Positions 10,032 through 21,301 of a stretch of DNA of 62,706 nucleotides are shown here, one piece after another. Source of the stretch: Candidatus Rokuibacteriota bacterium. GTDB taxonomy: Bacteria; Methylomirabilota; Methylomirabilia; Rokubacteriales; CSP1-6. The notes beneath the pieces were generated by a model. It had not been told where the DNA came from and made no database searches. It worked only from the letters and a program-made list of their open reading frames with translations. A program made the position numbers and the translations under genes. The stretch lies in contig QHRX01000024.1 in NCBI GenBank assembly GCA_003221455.1, positions 1 through 62,706 of the forward strand. The letters run 5' to 3'. Position 1 is the first letter of the stretch. The number at the start of each line of letters is the position of its first letter.

Positions 10032-11489
10032 TCAGCGCGGGAGCCGCGGTGGCTCCGCGCAGATGCGCTCGACCTCGTCCACGGTCTTCGGGGTCCCCGC
10101 GGTCAGGACCTCCCCGCCGTAGGCCGTGACCAGCACGTCGTCCTCGATGCGGACGCCGATGCCCCGGAACTCCCGCGGGATCGCGTGGACGATCGTCCCG
10201 GCCCGGGCCCGCTCCTCTTCCTCGAGCTGCTTCGCCGCGGTCGCGCCGAGACGATAGCGCCGCTCCCACATCTCGTCCTCGCTGTACTCGCGCAGGGCGA
10301 ACGTCGCCGTCTCCCGCTCGGGGTCGACGTAGAGGCCGGGCTCGACCGTGAGCACCATGCCGGCTTCGAGCGGGCGCGAGACGCGTCGGATCCGGTAGTC
10401 GCCGACGTCGTGCACGTCCATCCCGAGCCAATGGCTCGTGCCGTGCGGATAGAACTCGCGGTAATGGTGCATGGCGAGCGAGTCCGCGACCCCTCGGGGC
10501 AGGAGGCCGAGCTCGACGAGCCCCTCGGTGAGCACGCGCCGCACCGCGTCGTGGACGGCCTCGAGGCGGTGACCAGGCCGGACCGCAACCAGGCCCGCCG
10601 CCTGCGCGCGCAGCACGAGCTCGTAGATCGCGCGCTGCGGCCCGGTGAACCGCCCGTTCACGGGGAAGGTGCGGGTGATGTCGGCGGTGTGGTACTCCCA
10701 CTCGCACCCGGCGTCGATCAGCAGCAGGTCGCCGTCCGCCATCCGCCGGCGGTTCTCGGTGTAGTGCAGGATGCAGGCGTTGGGCCCGGAGGCGACGATC
10801 GAGGGGTAGCCGGTGCGCGGGGAGCCGTGGGCCCGGAACACGAACTCGAGCGCCGCCTGCACCTGGTACTCGTACTGGCCCGGCCGCGCGTAGCGCATGG
10901 CCTCGGCGTGCGCCTCGCGGCTGATCTCGCACGCGCGGCGCTGCCGGGCGAGTTCGCCGGGCGACCGACGCAGGCGCATCTCGTGCACGATGGGTCCCGG
11001 GTCCTCGATCGTCGCGGGCGTGACCTGGCCCCGGCTCCGCGCCGCCCGCCCCTCGGCGAGCAGTCGCGTGATCCGGCCGTCGAAGGCCGGGTTGCCGAGA
11101 CGATACACGAGCGACGGCCGGTCGAGGATGTACTCGCGGAGGCGCCGGTCCAGCTCGTCGATCGGGTAGGCGGCGTCGGCGCCGTAGTCGGCGACGGCGC
11201 CCTCCACCCCCGCCCGTCGCCCGTTCCAGATCTCCCGCTCGCGGTCGCGCGGGCGCACGAACAAGACGTAGCGCTCCTTGGCGTGGGAGGGGTTGATGAC
11301 CGCGACGGCGTCGGGCTCCTCGAAGCCGGTGAGGAAGAAGAAGTCGGAGTCCTGACGGAACTCGTACGAGACGTCGCCGTTGCGGAGCACCTCCCGCGCG
11401 CCCGGGATGACCGCGAGGCCGTCGCCGACGGCGTCGGCGAAGCGCTGGCGGCGTTCCACGAACGGGGCGAGGTCCTGGGCGGGGGTCAC
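10032..11489 (-). CDS. pepP: Xaa-Pro aminopeptidase
   Basis: Motifs FRQDSDFFFLTG, ILHY, IDAG, DITRT, HWLGMDVHD, TVEPGLY and GVRIEDD. Confidence 0.95.
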   Translation of the reverse strand: MTPAQDLAPFVERRQRFADAVGDGLAVIPGAREVLRNGDVSYEFRQDSDFFFLTGFEEPDAVAVINPSHAKERYVLFVRPRDREREIWNGRRAGVEGAVADYGADAAYPIDELDRRLREYILDRPSLVYRLGNPAFDGRITRLLAEGRAARSRGQVTPATIEDPGPIVHEMRLRRSPGELARQRRACEISREAHAEAMRYARPGQYEYQVQAALEFVFRAHGSPRTGYPSIVASGPNACILHYTENRRRMADGDLLLIDAGCEWEYHTADITRTFPVNGRFTGPQRAIYELVLRAQAAGLVAVRPGHRLEAVHDAVRRVLTEGLVELGLLPRGVADSLAMHHYREFYPHGTSHWLGMDVHDVGDYRIRRVSRPLEAGMVLTVEPGLYVDPERETATFALREYSEDEMWERRYRLGATAAKQLEEEERARAGTIVHAIPREFRGIGVRIEDDVLVTAYGGEVLTAGTPKTVDEVERICAEPPRLPR

Positions 11490-11589
11490 GCCGGTGCCCC
11501 GGCCGGCGGCCGGTCGACGGCGCGGGCGACCAGGGCCGTGGCGCGCATCGCCGTCCCGCGTCCGGGACCGGCGCCCGCCGCGCGGCGGG

Positions 11590-11799
11590 TCATGGCGCGA
11601 CCCAGCGCCCGAGGAGGATCACCACCGCCACGTACCCGACGGCCGACGCCGTCAGGACCGCACCGGCCGTAGCCACCACGACGCCCGTGAGGGCCGGGCG
11701 GGAGACCGTCCAGGCGAGGGCCGCGATCCCGACCACCCAGACTTCGACGCCAAGCAGAATCGCCGCCAGCAGGACCGCCGCCAGGGTCGCCGTCGCCAT
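11590..11799 (-). CDS. Small hydrophobic membrane protein (putative)
   Basis: 69 aa, almost entirely hydrophobic with two TM-like segments; located between emrB and pepP on the same strand. Confidence 0.45.
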   Translation of the reverse strand: MATATLAAVLLAAILLGVEVWVVGIAALAWTVSRPALTGVVVATAGAVLTASAVGYVAVVILLGRWVAP

Positions 11800-11882
11800 G
11801 CCCCGTCTCGCGCCTCAGTTGACATCAGCCCGCCACCGTCGTCAACGGCTCCTCCCCGTGCGACCCGGCCCCGCCGACCCGG

Positions 11883-13466
11883 TCAGTGCGCTCCGCCGAT
11901 CCGCCGCGGCATGACCCGCGCGAAGAGTGCGGCCAGGGGCGCGCAGGCCAGGCCGAGGAAGCTCAGCAACCGGAAGTTGTCGGCGAAGGCGAGCAAGGTC
12001 GCCTGCTGCACGACCACGTTGTAGACCACCCCGAGCGCCTGTCGGGAGGCGGTCACGGGGTCCGTCTGGCGCGCGAGCCCGGCCCGGAGCGCCTGGAGCT
12101 TCCGGAGGTACATCGGGTCGTACGGCGTCAGGTGCTGCACGAGGACGTTCTGGTGCACCTGCGCGGCGCGCGCCAGCAGGGTCGTCACCATCGAGATGCC
12201 GACGCTGCCGCCGATGTTTCGCATCAGGTTGTAGATGCCGGTCGCGTTCCCCATCTGCTCGTTGCGCAGCCGGCCGAGCGTGGTGGTCGAGAGGGGGACG
12301 AAGATGAGGCCGGTCGAGATCCCGTTCACGATGCTGACGAACGCGACGCTCCAGAGCGAGATGTCGAGCGTCATCTGGCTGTAGAGGAGGGCGGAGACCC
12401 CGAAGAGCACGAAACCGGCGGCGATCAGCACGCGGCTGTCGATGAACCCGATGAGCCGGCCCACGACGATGGCCGCGCACATGGCGCCGACGCCGCGCGG
12501 GCTCAGCGCGAGCCCGCTCTGCATCGCCGGATAGTTCATGAGCGTCTGCAGGAAGAGGGGGAGCTGCACGGTGGTGCCGTACAGGCCGACCCCCACCGCC
12601 ACGGCCATCAGGGTGCCGACCGCGAAGTTGCGATCCCGCATGATGCGGAGGTCGACGATCGGATGGTCCGCCAGCAGCTCCCGGGCGACGAACGCGAGCA
12701 ACGCGATCACCGAGATCACCGCGACCCACCGGATCCACACCGCGGAGAACCAGTCGTCCTCCTGTCCCTTGTCCAGGATGACCTGCAGCGTGCTGAGCCC
12801 GATGGCCATCAAGCCGAAGCCGACATAGTCGATCCGGCCGCGCTCGACGCGCCGGATGTAGGGCGGGTCCTCGATGAAGGCCTGGGCCATCAGGAGGGCG
12901 AGGAGGCCGACCGGCAGGTTGATGTAGAACACCCAGCGCCAGCTGTAGTTGTCGGTGATCCAGCCGCCGAGCGTCGGTCCGAGGATCGGGGCCACGATGA
13001 CCCCCATCGAGTACGCCGCCATCGCGGCCCCGCGCCGGGCCGGCGGGAAGCTCTCCATCAGGATGGCCTGGGCGATCGGCTGGAGCGCGCCGCCGCCCGC
13101 GCCCTGGACGACCCGCGCCGCGACGAGCATGCCGAGGCTCAACGCCGCTCCGCACGCCGCCGACGCCGTGGTGAAGATCAGGATGCAGGCCATCAGGAAC
13201 CGCTTGCGGCCGAAGAAGCCCGAGAGCCAGGCGGACGCCGGCAGGATGATCGCGTTGGAGACGAGATAGCTCGTGAGCACCCAGGTCGCCTCCGAGGGGG
13301 TGGCGGAGAGGCTCCCGGCGATGTGCGGGAGGGCCACGTTGGCGACGGAGGTGTCCAGGACCTCCATGAAGGTCCCGAGCATCACGGAGACGGCGACGAG
13401 CCAGGCGTTGTATCGGGGCCGCCACTCGCCCGCCCCGGGAGTCGGGCCCGCGCCTCCGTTGCCCAT
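11883..13466 (-). CDS. emrB: DHA2-family (EmrB/QacA) multidrug efflux MFS permease
   Basis: Motifs MEVLDTSVANVALP, APILGPTLGGWITD, WRWVFYIN and RNIGGSVG. Confidence 0.92.
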   Translation of the reverse strand: MGNGGAGPTPGAGEWRPRYNAWLVAVSVMLGTFMEVLDTSVANVALPHIAGSLSATPSEATWVLTSYLVSNAIILPASAWLSGFFGRKRFLMACILIFTTASAACGAALSLGMLVAARVVQGAGGGALQPIAQAILMESFPPARRGAAMAAYSMGVIVAPILGPTLGGWITDNYSWRWVFYINLPVGLLALLMAQAFIEDPPYIRRVERGRIDYVGFGLMAIGLSTLQVILDKGQEDDWFSAVWIRWVAVISVIALLAFVARELLADHPIVDLRIMRDRNFAVGTLMAVAVGVGLYGTTVQLPLFLQTLMNYPAMQSGLALSPRGVGAMCAAIVVGRLIGFIDSRVLIAAGFVLFGVSALLYSQMTLDISLWSVAFVSIVNGISTGLIFVPLSTTTLGRLRNEQMGNATGIYNLMRNIGGSVGISMVTTLLARAAQVHQNVLVQHLTPYDPMYLRKLQALRAGLARQTDPVTASRQALGVVYNVVVQQATLLAFADNFRLLSFLGLACAPLAALFARVMPRRIGGAH

Positions 13467-13618
13467 CGCCGGTCGCTGGTCCTCCTGTGCCTCCAGCCTG
13501 AATTGGCCGGTGCGCGGCGGGAAAAGGTATTATGGCAGCCTGATGGACACAGTATAAGGCCCCCGCGCCGCGCGTCCGGCGGGGGCCCGCCGCGACGGCG
13601 GTAGCCGATCCGGAGACC

Positions 13619-14938
13619 ATGCGACCCGGCGACTTTTTCGCGGACCTCAGGAAGTTCTCGGAGTTCACCGCCCGCGGGCGCTACCCGCGGCGCCGCCTGC
13701 TCGGATTCGGCGCGATCGCCCTCGGCGTGGCGGCCGCGCTCGGCTACGCCGGCTACCTGTACTGGTATGGCCAGACGCACGTGTCCACCGACGACGCGTA
13801 CATCACCGGGCACATCGCGCCCGTGAGCGCCCGCGTCGCGGGGCCGGTGATCGCGGTCCTGGTCGACGACAACCAGGACGTGAAGGCGGGCGCGGTCCTC
13901 GTTCGCCTCGATCCCAAGGACTACGAGGTCGCCCTCGCCCAGGCGCGCGCGGCGGTGGAGACGGCTCGCGGCGACCTCGGCAACGCGAACGCGACCGTGC
14001 CGCTGACCAGCGAGACGACCGCGAGTGGCCTCCGCCAGGCGGAGGCGGCGCTGGCGGCCGCACAGCACGGCAGCCGGGTCGCCGAGCACGACCTCGAGGA
14101 GCGGCGGAGCGCGCTCGCGTCCAAGCAGGCGGCGGTGGCCGCCGCCGACGCCGCGGTGCGGGCGGCGGAGGCGGACTTCGAGCGCGACCGCCTGGACCGT
14201 GAGCGGTCCGCCGAGCTCTACAAGCGGGAGCTCGTCGCCAAGCAGGATCTGGACCACGCGGACGCCGCCTACAACAACGCCCGGGCGACGCTCGACGTGG
14301 TCCGGGAGAAGCTGGCCCAGGCGCGGGCCGACGTCCAGCAGGCGGCGGCGGCGGTCCGGAGTCAGGAGGCGGCGGCGGCCCAGGCCGGGCAGCGGGTGCG
14401 CGAGGCCCAGGCGGCGGCGGCCACCGCGCGGAGCCAGCTGCGCCAGGTGACCTTGAAGGAGTCCGACGTGGACGCCTCCCGCGGACGACTCGCGCAGGCG
14501 CTGGCGAACCTGGAGCAGGCCCAGCTGAACCTCGCCTACACGACCATCCGGGCGCCGCTGGACGGCCGGGTCACGAAGAAGACCGTCGAGGTGGGCCAGG
14601 TCGTTCAGCCGGGGCAGGCGCTGCTCGCGATCGTCGACCTTGACACCCTGTGGGTCGTCGCCAATTACAAGGAGACGGAGCTCACCAACGTCCGGCGGGG
14701 CCAGCGGGCGACGGTCACGGTGGACACCTATCCAGGCGTCGTCTTCCGGGCGCGGGTGGACTCCGTCCAGGCCGGATCGGGCGCCGTCTTCTCGCTGCTG
14801 CCGCCCGAGAACGCCACCGGCAACTTCATCAAGGTGGTGCAGCGGGTGCCGGTGAAGCTCGTCTTCGAGGCCGGCGAGAACTCACGGCATCTGCTGGTCC
14901 CCGGCATGTCCGTGGTCCCCACGATCGCGCTCCGGTGA
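13619..14938 (+). CDS. emrA: EmrA-type HlyD family membrane fusion protein
   Basis: Motifs STDDAY, long coiled coil and FSLLPPENATGNFIKVVQRVPVK. Confidence 0.92.
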   Translation: MRPGDFFADLRKFSEFTARGRYPRRRLLGFGAIALGVAAALGYAGYLYWYGQTHVSTDDAYITGHIAPVSARVAGPVIAVLVDDNQDVKAGAVLVRLDPKDYEVALAQARAAVETARGDLGNANATVPLTSETTASGLRQAEAALAAAQHGSRVAEHDLEERRSALASKQAAVAAADAAVRAAEADFERDRLDRERSAELYKRELVAKQDLDHADAAYNNARATLDVVREKLAQARADVQQAAAAVRSQEAAAAQAGQRVREAQAAAATARSQLRQVTLKESDVDASRGRLAQALANLEQAQLNLAYTTIRAPLDGRVTKKTVEVGQVVQPGQALLAIVDLDTLWVVANYKETELTNVRRGQRATVTVDTYPGVVFRARVDSVQAGSGAVFSLLPPENATGNFIKVVQRVPVKLVFEAGENSRHLLVPGMSVVPTIALR

Positions 14939-15011
14939 CGGACACGGTGAGCGCTCGGCCGGGACGGCGTCACCCCACGCCCGGGCGCCCGAGCACGCGC
15001 GCCCTGCCCGC

Positions 15012-15905
15012 GTGCCGACGGTCGCGGATCCCGAGCCTCGCGTGACGCCGCTGTCGGTCTACCTGCCCTTCAACCGCGAGGCGCTCGGCGGCGCGTTCGC
15101 GCCGGCCAAGCGCGCGACGAAGGCGCCCGAGGGCCGCCAGGGCTACTGGCTCGTCGTCCACGAGCAGAACCTCCTCGTCGCTCGGGAGGGCGATCGCTTC
15201 CGGCTGCCGCAGGGCGACCCCCCGTCCGGGCTCGAAGGCCTGCGGGAGCAGGCGCTCTGGCTCGGGACGTTCGACGGCACGCCGTGCTGGGTGCTGGCGC
15301 TCGCGCGGGGCGCCGCCGTCCCCGCCGGCCTTCACGCCGAGACGCTCGTCCCGATGCGCGGCACGCAGCTCCCCGACGACCTGCTCTCGCTCGGCGGCAT
15401 GGCCATGCAGGCGCTGCACTGGGAGGGCACCAGCGGTCACTGCCCGCGCTGCGGCCAGCCCACCGAGCGGATCGAGGGCGAGTGGGGCAAGCGGTGCCGG
15501 CAGTGCCGCTACGAGCACTATCCCCACCTCCACCCGGCGGTCATCATCTTGATCCGCGACGGCGACCGCTGCCTGCTCGCCCGCAAGCGCGAGTGGGCCC
15601 CCGGTCGCTACGCCCTCGTGGCGGGCTTCGTAGACAACGGGGAGTCGCTCGAGGGCGCCGTCCACCGCGAGGTGAAGGAGGAGGTCGGCGTGGACGTGAC
15701 AGACCTCCGCTACGTCGGGAGTCAGAACTGGCCCTTCCCGAGCCAGCTCATGGTCGGCTTCGTCGCCACCTATGCCGGTGGCGAGGTGCGGATCGAGCCG
15801 AGCGAGCTCGAGGACGCGCGGTGGTTTCCGTGCGACCGGCTCCCCGACGGCCCGTCGCGCCATAGCATCGCCCGGTTCATCATGGACCACTACGCCCGCG
15901 ACTGA
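15012..15905 (+). CDS. nudC: NAD(H) diphosphatase
   Basis: Zn ribbon CPRC..CRQC, Nudix box AGFVDNGESLEGAVHREVKEEVG and SQNWPFPSQLM signature. Confidence 0.93.
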   Translation: MPTVADPEPRVTPLSVYLPFNREALGGAFAPAKRATKAPEGRQGYWLVVHEQNLLVAREGDRFRLPQGDPPSGLEGLREQALWLGTFDGTPCWVLALARGAAVPAGLHAETLVPMRGTQLPDDLLSLGGMAMQALHWEGTSGHCPRCGQPTERIEGEWGKRCRQCRYEHYPHLHPAVIILIRDGDRCLLARKREWAPGRYALVAGFVDNGESLEGAVHREVKEEVGVDVTDLRYVGSQNWPFPSQLMVGFVATYAGGEVRIEPSELEDARWFPCDRLPDGPSRHSIARFIMDHYARD

Positions 15906-16082
15906 TCCACCCACCACGCCGCCGGGGCCCGCCGCACGCTACGGGGCCCCCGCCCTCGGGCGGGCGGCCCCGACCAGCATCACGACGATCGGCATGACGC
16001 ACGGCCGGGCGCGCCCAGGCCCGCCCGGCAGGCCGAGGCACCGACCGTCCCGGCGCACGAGCCCGGGTGACGCCGGGCCGCG

Positions 16083-17141
16083 TCAGCCGGCGCGGGCGGC
16101 GACCTGGGCCCAGCCGAGCGCGGCGAGGAACGGGGCGCGGAGCCCGCGCTCGCGGGCGTTCGGATCGTTCGCGGTGCCGGCCAGCACGCGCCCCATGATG
16201 CCCTGCGAGATCGCGGCGAGCCGAAAGAGCGAGAAGCCCACGTAGAAGTCCCAGTCCTCGATGCCCGCGCGCCCCGTCCGGCGGCAGTAGGCCCCGACGT
16301 ACGCCGGCTCCGACGGGATCCCGAGCGCCGCCAGGTCCTTCCCACCGAGGCCGTCCGCGTCGAAGTAGTACGGCACGCAGGTGTAGGCGAGGTCCGCGAG
16401 CGGGTGGCCGAGCGTCGAGAGCTCCCAGTCGAGCACCGCCAGGATCCGCGGCTCGGTCGGATGGACCACGATGTTGCCGGGCCGGTAGTCGCCGTGCACG
16501 AGCGTCGTCTCGTCGCCGGCCGGGACGTGCGCCGGGAGCCACTCGATGAGCCGCTCCATCTCCGGGATCGGCTCCGTCTGCGAGGCCCGGTACTGCGTCG
16601 TCCAGCGGTGGATCTGCCGGGCGAAGTAGTTGCCGGCCTTCCCGAAGTCGCCGAGCCCGAGCGCCAGCCAGTCGAGTCCGTGCAGGCGCGCCAGCACCCC
16701 GTTCATCGCGTCGTAGAGGGCGCCGCGCTCGGCGGGGCTCACGCCCGGCAGCCGCGGGTCGGCGAAGATCCGCCCGCGCACGCAGTCCATGACGTAGAAC
16801 GGCGTCCCGATCACGGTCGGGTCGTCGCAGTACACGTACGTCCGGGGCACGGGAATGTCGGTCGCCGCCAGCGCGGTCAGCACCCGGTACTCGCGGTCGA
16901 CCGCGTGGGCCGAGGGCAGGAGCCGGCCGGGCGGCTTGCGTCGGAGGACGTACTCCCGGTCGCGGGCGCTCAGCAGGTAGGTCGGGTTGGACTGGCCCCC
17001 CTGGAACTGGCCGACGACGACGGGGCCGGCGAAGCCGCCGACCCGCCGCGCCAGGTATCGCTCGAGCGCGGCGACCTCGAAGCGGTGCGCCTCGCGCACC
17101 TCGCCGACCCGTTGCGTGAGTTCCTCCGGGCCCTCGGCCAC
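16083..17141 (-). CDS. Aminoglycoside-phosphotransferase-like kinase (ACAD10/11 kinase domain, LvaA-like)
   Basis: Motifs [27 protein letters not shown] and [16 protein letters not shown]. Confidence 0.9.
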   Translation of the reverse strand: MAEGPEELTQRVGEVREAHRFEVAALERYLARRVGGFAGPVVVGQFQGGQSNPTYLLSARDREYVLRRKPPGRLLPSAHAVDREYRVLTALAATDIPVPRTYVYCDDPTVIGTPFYVMDCVRGRIFADPRLPGVSPAERGALYDAMNGVLARLHGLDWLALGLGDFGKAGNYFARQIHRWTTQYRASQTEPIPEMERLIEWLPAHVPAGDETTLVHGDYRPGNIVVHPTEPRILAVLDWELSTLGHPLADLAYTCVPYYFDADGLGGKDLAALGIPSEPAYVGAYCRRTGRAGIEDWDFYVGFSLFRLAAISQGIMGRVLAGTANDPNARERGLRAPFLAALGWAQVAARAG

Positions 17142-17230
17142 GATGCTGGATTGTACGGCATGGCCAGCGAGCGCGTCTTGACGTAGACTCGCTGGCGGGC
17201 CCCCGCTCGCCGGGCGCCAGGGAGAGCTCG

Positions 17231-18439
<1,209 letters not shown>

Positions 18440-18547
18440 CGCGACGTGCGCCCGGGCGCCGCACCCTGCGGCGTTCCGGCGTGCCGCCGGCTCGACGGCG
18501 AGACCCGGCGGGCGTTGCCCCCTCGGCGGACGCCCAGCTGCGGCCCG

Positions 18548-19018
18548 CTAGCCCCTGAAGCCGCGGTCCCGCATACACACCGCGTAGGCGTCCCGGTACC
18601 GCTGATCGTGCTGCTTGCTCTCGTTGAGGCCGTAGAGCGTGCCGCCGCCGACCCCGACGAGGCCGCCGATCGCCGCGCCCGTACCGGCCCCCTTGCCGCC
18701 GTCGGCGATCGCCCCGCCGGCCGCTCCTATGACGGTGCCGACGACGGCGCCGATCGCGCCATCCTTGACCATCTCCGTTGTCTTGTCCTGTCGCCCGACG
18801 TGCGCGGCCGCGTACTGGTTACAGGCCTCGACCACGGCCGCCGTCGGAACCATCGGCGCGGGGGCGACCGCGCGCGCCGTCGAAGGCGTCGGCCCACTCG
18901 TGACCGCCTTCGGGCCCGACCAGTCCGCCACCACCGCCGCCGTCACCACGGCCGTCAGGGCAACGAGCCCCATCCCGACCGCAAACAGCTTCCACGGATT
19001 CCAGTCGCCGTTGCTCAT
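18548..19018 (-). CDS. Glycine-zipper domain membrane protein
   Basis: N-terminal TM segment; GAIGAVVGTVIGAAGGAIADGGKGAGTGAAIGG zipper flanked by Cys; C-terminal CMRDRGF; RBS GGAGGA. Confidence 0.8.
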   Translation of the reverse strand: MSNGDWNPWKLFAVGMGLVALTAVVTAAVVADWSGPKAVTSGPTPSTARAVAPAPMVPTAAVVEACNQYAAAHVGRQDKTTEMVKDGAIGAVVGTVIGAAGGAIADGGKGAGTGAAIGGLVGVGGGTLYGLNESKQHDQRYRDAYAVCMRDRGFRG

Positions 19019-19112
19019 CGTGTCCTCCACCTCCCGTCGACCAGGGGCGCCGGCCGCCATGACGGCGGCCCCCGCTACCGGCCGCGCGGGCCGGCGCGCG
19101 GCGCCGGGCGGC

Positions 19113-19487
19113 TCACCGGTCGATGGCCCGGACGATCCCCTTGACCTGCCCCGGGGCGATCGGCTTCTCCAGGCACTCGAGGACCTTCAGCTCCTTGGCC
19201 CGCGCCCTCACTTCGGGACCGCCCTCGGCGGTCACCACGATGATCGGCATCGCCGCGTCGAAGGCCCGGCAGATGCGGACGACGTCCCAGCCGCTGATCG
19301 TCACCCCCTTCACGGGCGGCAGGTCGAGGTCGATGATCGCCATGCCGACCTCGCTCTCGATCATCTGCTTGATCGCCTGCGCCCCGTCCTGGGCCGTCGC
19401 GACCAGGAACCCACCGCCCACCAGGGACTGCCTCAATCCCTCGCGGCTGTGGAGGTCGTCGTCCACGAGCAGGATCGTCTTGTTCAC
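19113..19487 (-). CDS. Single-domain response regulator (receiver only)
   Basis: Motifs LLVDDD, IIDLDLP, VVTA and KP; no output domain. Confidence 0.88.
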   Translation of the reverse strand: MNKTILLVDDDLHSREGLRQSLVGGGFLVATAQDGAQAIKQMIESEVGMAIIDLDLPPVKGVTISGWDVVRICRAFDAAMPIIVVTAEGGPEVRARAKELKVLECLEKPIAPGQVKGIVRAIDR

Positions 19488-19508
19488 GGTTCCCCGAAAG
19501 CGGATCAG

Positions 19509-19524
19509 AGCAACGCCGGTGCCA
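19509..19524 (-). promoter_or_regulatory. Sigma-54 (-24/-12) promoter
   Basis: Minus strand reads TGGCACCGGCGTTGCT, matching TGGCAC-N5-TTGCW, about 20 nt upstream of the receiver gene start. Confidence 0.75.
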
Positions 19525-19630
19525 CGCGGGAGGGCCAGGATGCCGGGATCGAAAGTGCTTGATATCGCGCGCGTCGCCGCCGGGGGGAAGGGTGGGGATC
19601 GGCGAGAACCCCTATAGTGGTGTGGCTCGC

Positions 19631-19647
19631 CGTGTAAGCGTTACACG
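19631..19647. promoter_or_regulatory. Palindromic operator or upstream activator site candidate
   Basis: CGTGTAA-GCG-TTACACG with perfect 7-bp arms, about 110 bp upstream of the sigma-54 promoter. Confidence 0.5.
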
Positions 19648-20100
19648 CCGGAGCCTGTAAGATTCTCCCGCCCCGGCCTGACGGCTCTGGGTCAGCAAGC
19701 AGCCTCTCGAGCGGCGAAAGGCTTCCCGGGCACGCGCTTGACTTTGGCGCCTTCAACAAAGTATAAGGATGGCCCACGAGTTTCGGGGCTTAGGGCCTTA
19801 CTTGTCCGCCCCACCGGGCGGCCTCGCGGTACTTGAACGAGGTAGGGTCCGTGCCGCCAACCCAGCTGGACCCCACGGGACGTGCTCTTCCGGTTGCCGA
19901 TCGTTCGACGCGGCGGCAGTCCATTCTTCTGGACGGCACCCGACGATGCGCACACGGCCGAGTCCAGAGCCGCGGCGGACGAGGGCACCCCGATGCCGCC
20001 GTGACGGATCGTGGCACTGCTCGAGGCCGTCGACCGGCTGGTGTGGACACGCCTCCACGACGAAACACGGCGAGGCAGGTGAGGAAGCTGGAGGCACGAC

Positions 20101-20733
20101 GTGCCGACTCGGATCCTGGTCGCTGACGACCACCTGATCGTCCGACAGGCTCTGACGGCACTGCTCGAGGTGGAAGGCTTCTCGGTGGTGGCCGAGGTCG
20201 GAGACGGTGTTGAAGCCGTCCGCGTCGCACGCGAGCGGTGCCCAGACGTCGCCGTCCTGGATTTGTCGATGCCGCTCCTCAACGGGCTCGATGCGGCCCG
20301 GGAGATCCAACAGACGTGCCCGCGCACGAAGGCGATCCTCCTGACCATACACACGGAGGACCACTACGTGCTGGATGCACTCCGGGCCGGTATCAAGGGC
20401 TACGTCGTGAAGACCCAGGCGGCGGCCGACCTGGTCCGGGCGATCAACGAGGTGCAGAAGGGGACGGTCTACCTGAGCCCGGGCGTCTCGCAGACCGTGG
20501 TCCAGGCCTACCTGGCCAAGGCCGAGCTGCCGCCGGACCTGCTCACGCCGCGCGAGCGGCAGGTGCTGCAGCTCGTGGCCGAAGGCAAGACGACCAAGCA
20601 GGTCGCCAAGCTCCTCGGGATCACCCAGAAGACCGCGGAGTCCCACCGGACCCGGATCATGGAGAAGCTCGAGGTCCACGAGACGGCGAGCCTCGTCCGC
20701 TACGCGGTCCGGCGTGGCCTGATCCAGCCCTAG
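20101..20733 (+). CDS. NarL/FixJ-family DNA-binding response regulator
   Basis: Motifs ILVADDH and VLDLSMP; LuxR HTH LTPRERQVLQLVAEG...HRTRIMEKL. Confidence 0.93.
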   Translation: MPTRILVADDHLIVRQALTALLEVEGFSVVAEVGDGVEAVRVARERCPDVAVLDLSMPLLNGLDAAREIQQTCPRTKAILLTIHTEDHYVLDALRAGIKGYVVKTQAAADLVRAINEVQKGTVYLSPGVSQTVVQAYLAKAELPPDLLTPRERQVLQLVAEGKTTKQVAKLLGITQKTAESHRTRIMEKLEVHETASLVRYAVRRGLIQP

Positions 20734-21301
20734 CGCTCGGGCCCCTCCCTCCCTCAGGGATTCCCCGTCCAGCCATTCTGCAACTTCCCGTGTCTCCTCC
20801 GCTACCGGCCGGCTATGGGCTCCGCCCTCGAGGGGTCGTGCGAGGGAGAGATCGGCGACTCCGCACGCTCACGGCGCCATACCGGGGACCATACCCGGGA
20901 GATGAGGGCCGCCGCGAGTCGTGTCGCTCAGCATCAGGACCGGCGAGGCCGTGCAAACCGGAAGACGCCTCAGGTCACGGATCGATTGAGACAATCGGTT
21001 GAGGACTGCCTGACGACCGGCTCCACGGTTGAGACGAGGGTGTGGCCGTGCAGACAGTGGCGCACACTGACCGCTAAGGTCTAGGCCGCCCGTGGCGATC
21101 GTCGCCGACGGCGCCGTCCTCGGGCGTCGCTCAAGGCGCACACCTCTTTTCCTGCGCCATGTTACCTATCGCGGGCCTTCCCCCTCGCCTCGTCTGAGCG
21201 GGGTGTACCCGGGGTCGCCCGTATCCGCCTCCAGTAATTCACCCTACGGTTTAAGGTAAATAGCGGATAGTCAGCCGAGCCGTCGCGCGGTCGTCTTTAC
21301 A

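Noticed and set aside
19650-20100. Possible small ORFs or ncRNA upstream of the NarL-type regulator
   Set aside because: No recognisable protein motif or RNA family; treated as a regulatory region.
20734-21301. 89-aa ORF (20815-21084) and a possible ANTAR dual-hairpin leader
   Set aside because: The ORF lacks an RBS and motifs, and I could not find paired hexaloop hairpins with a terminator by eye.
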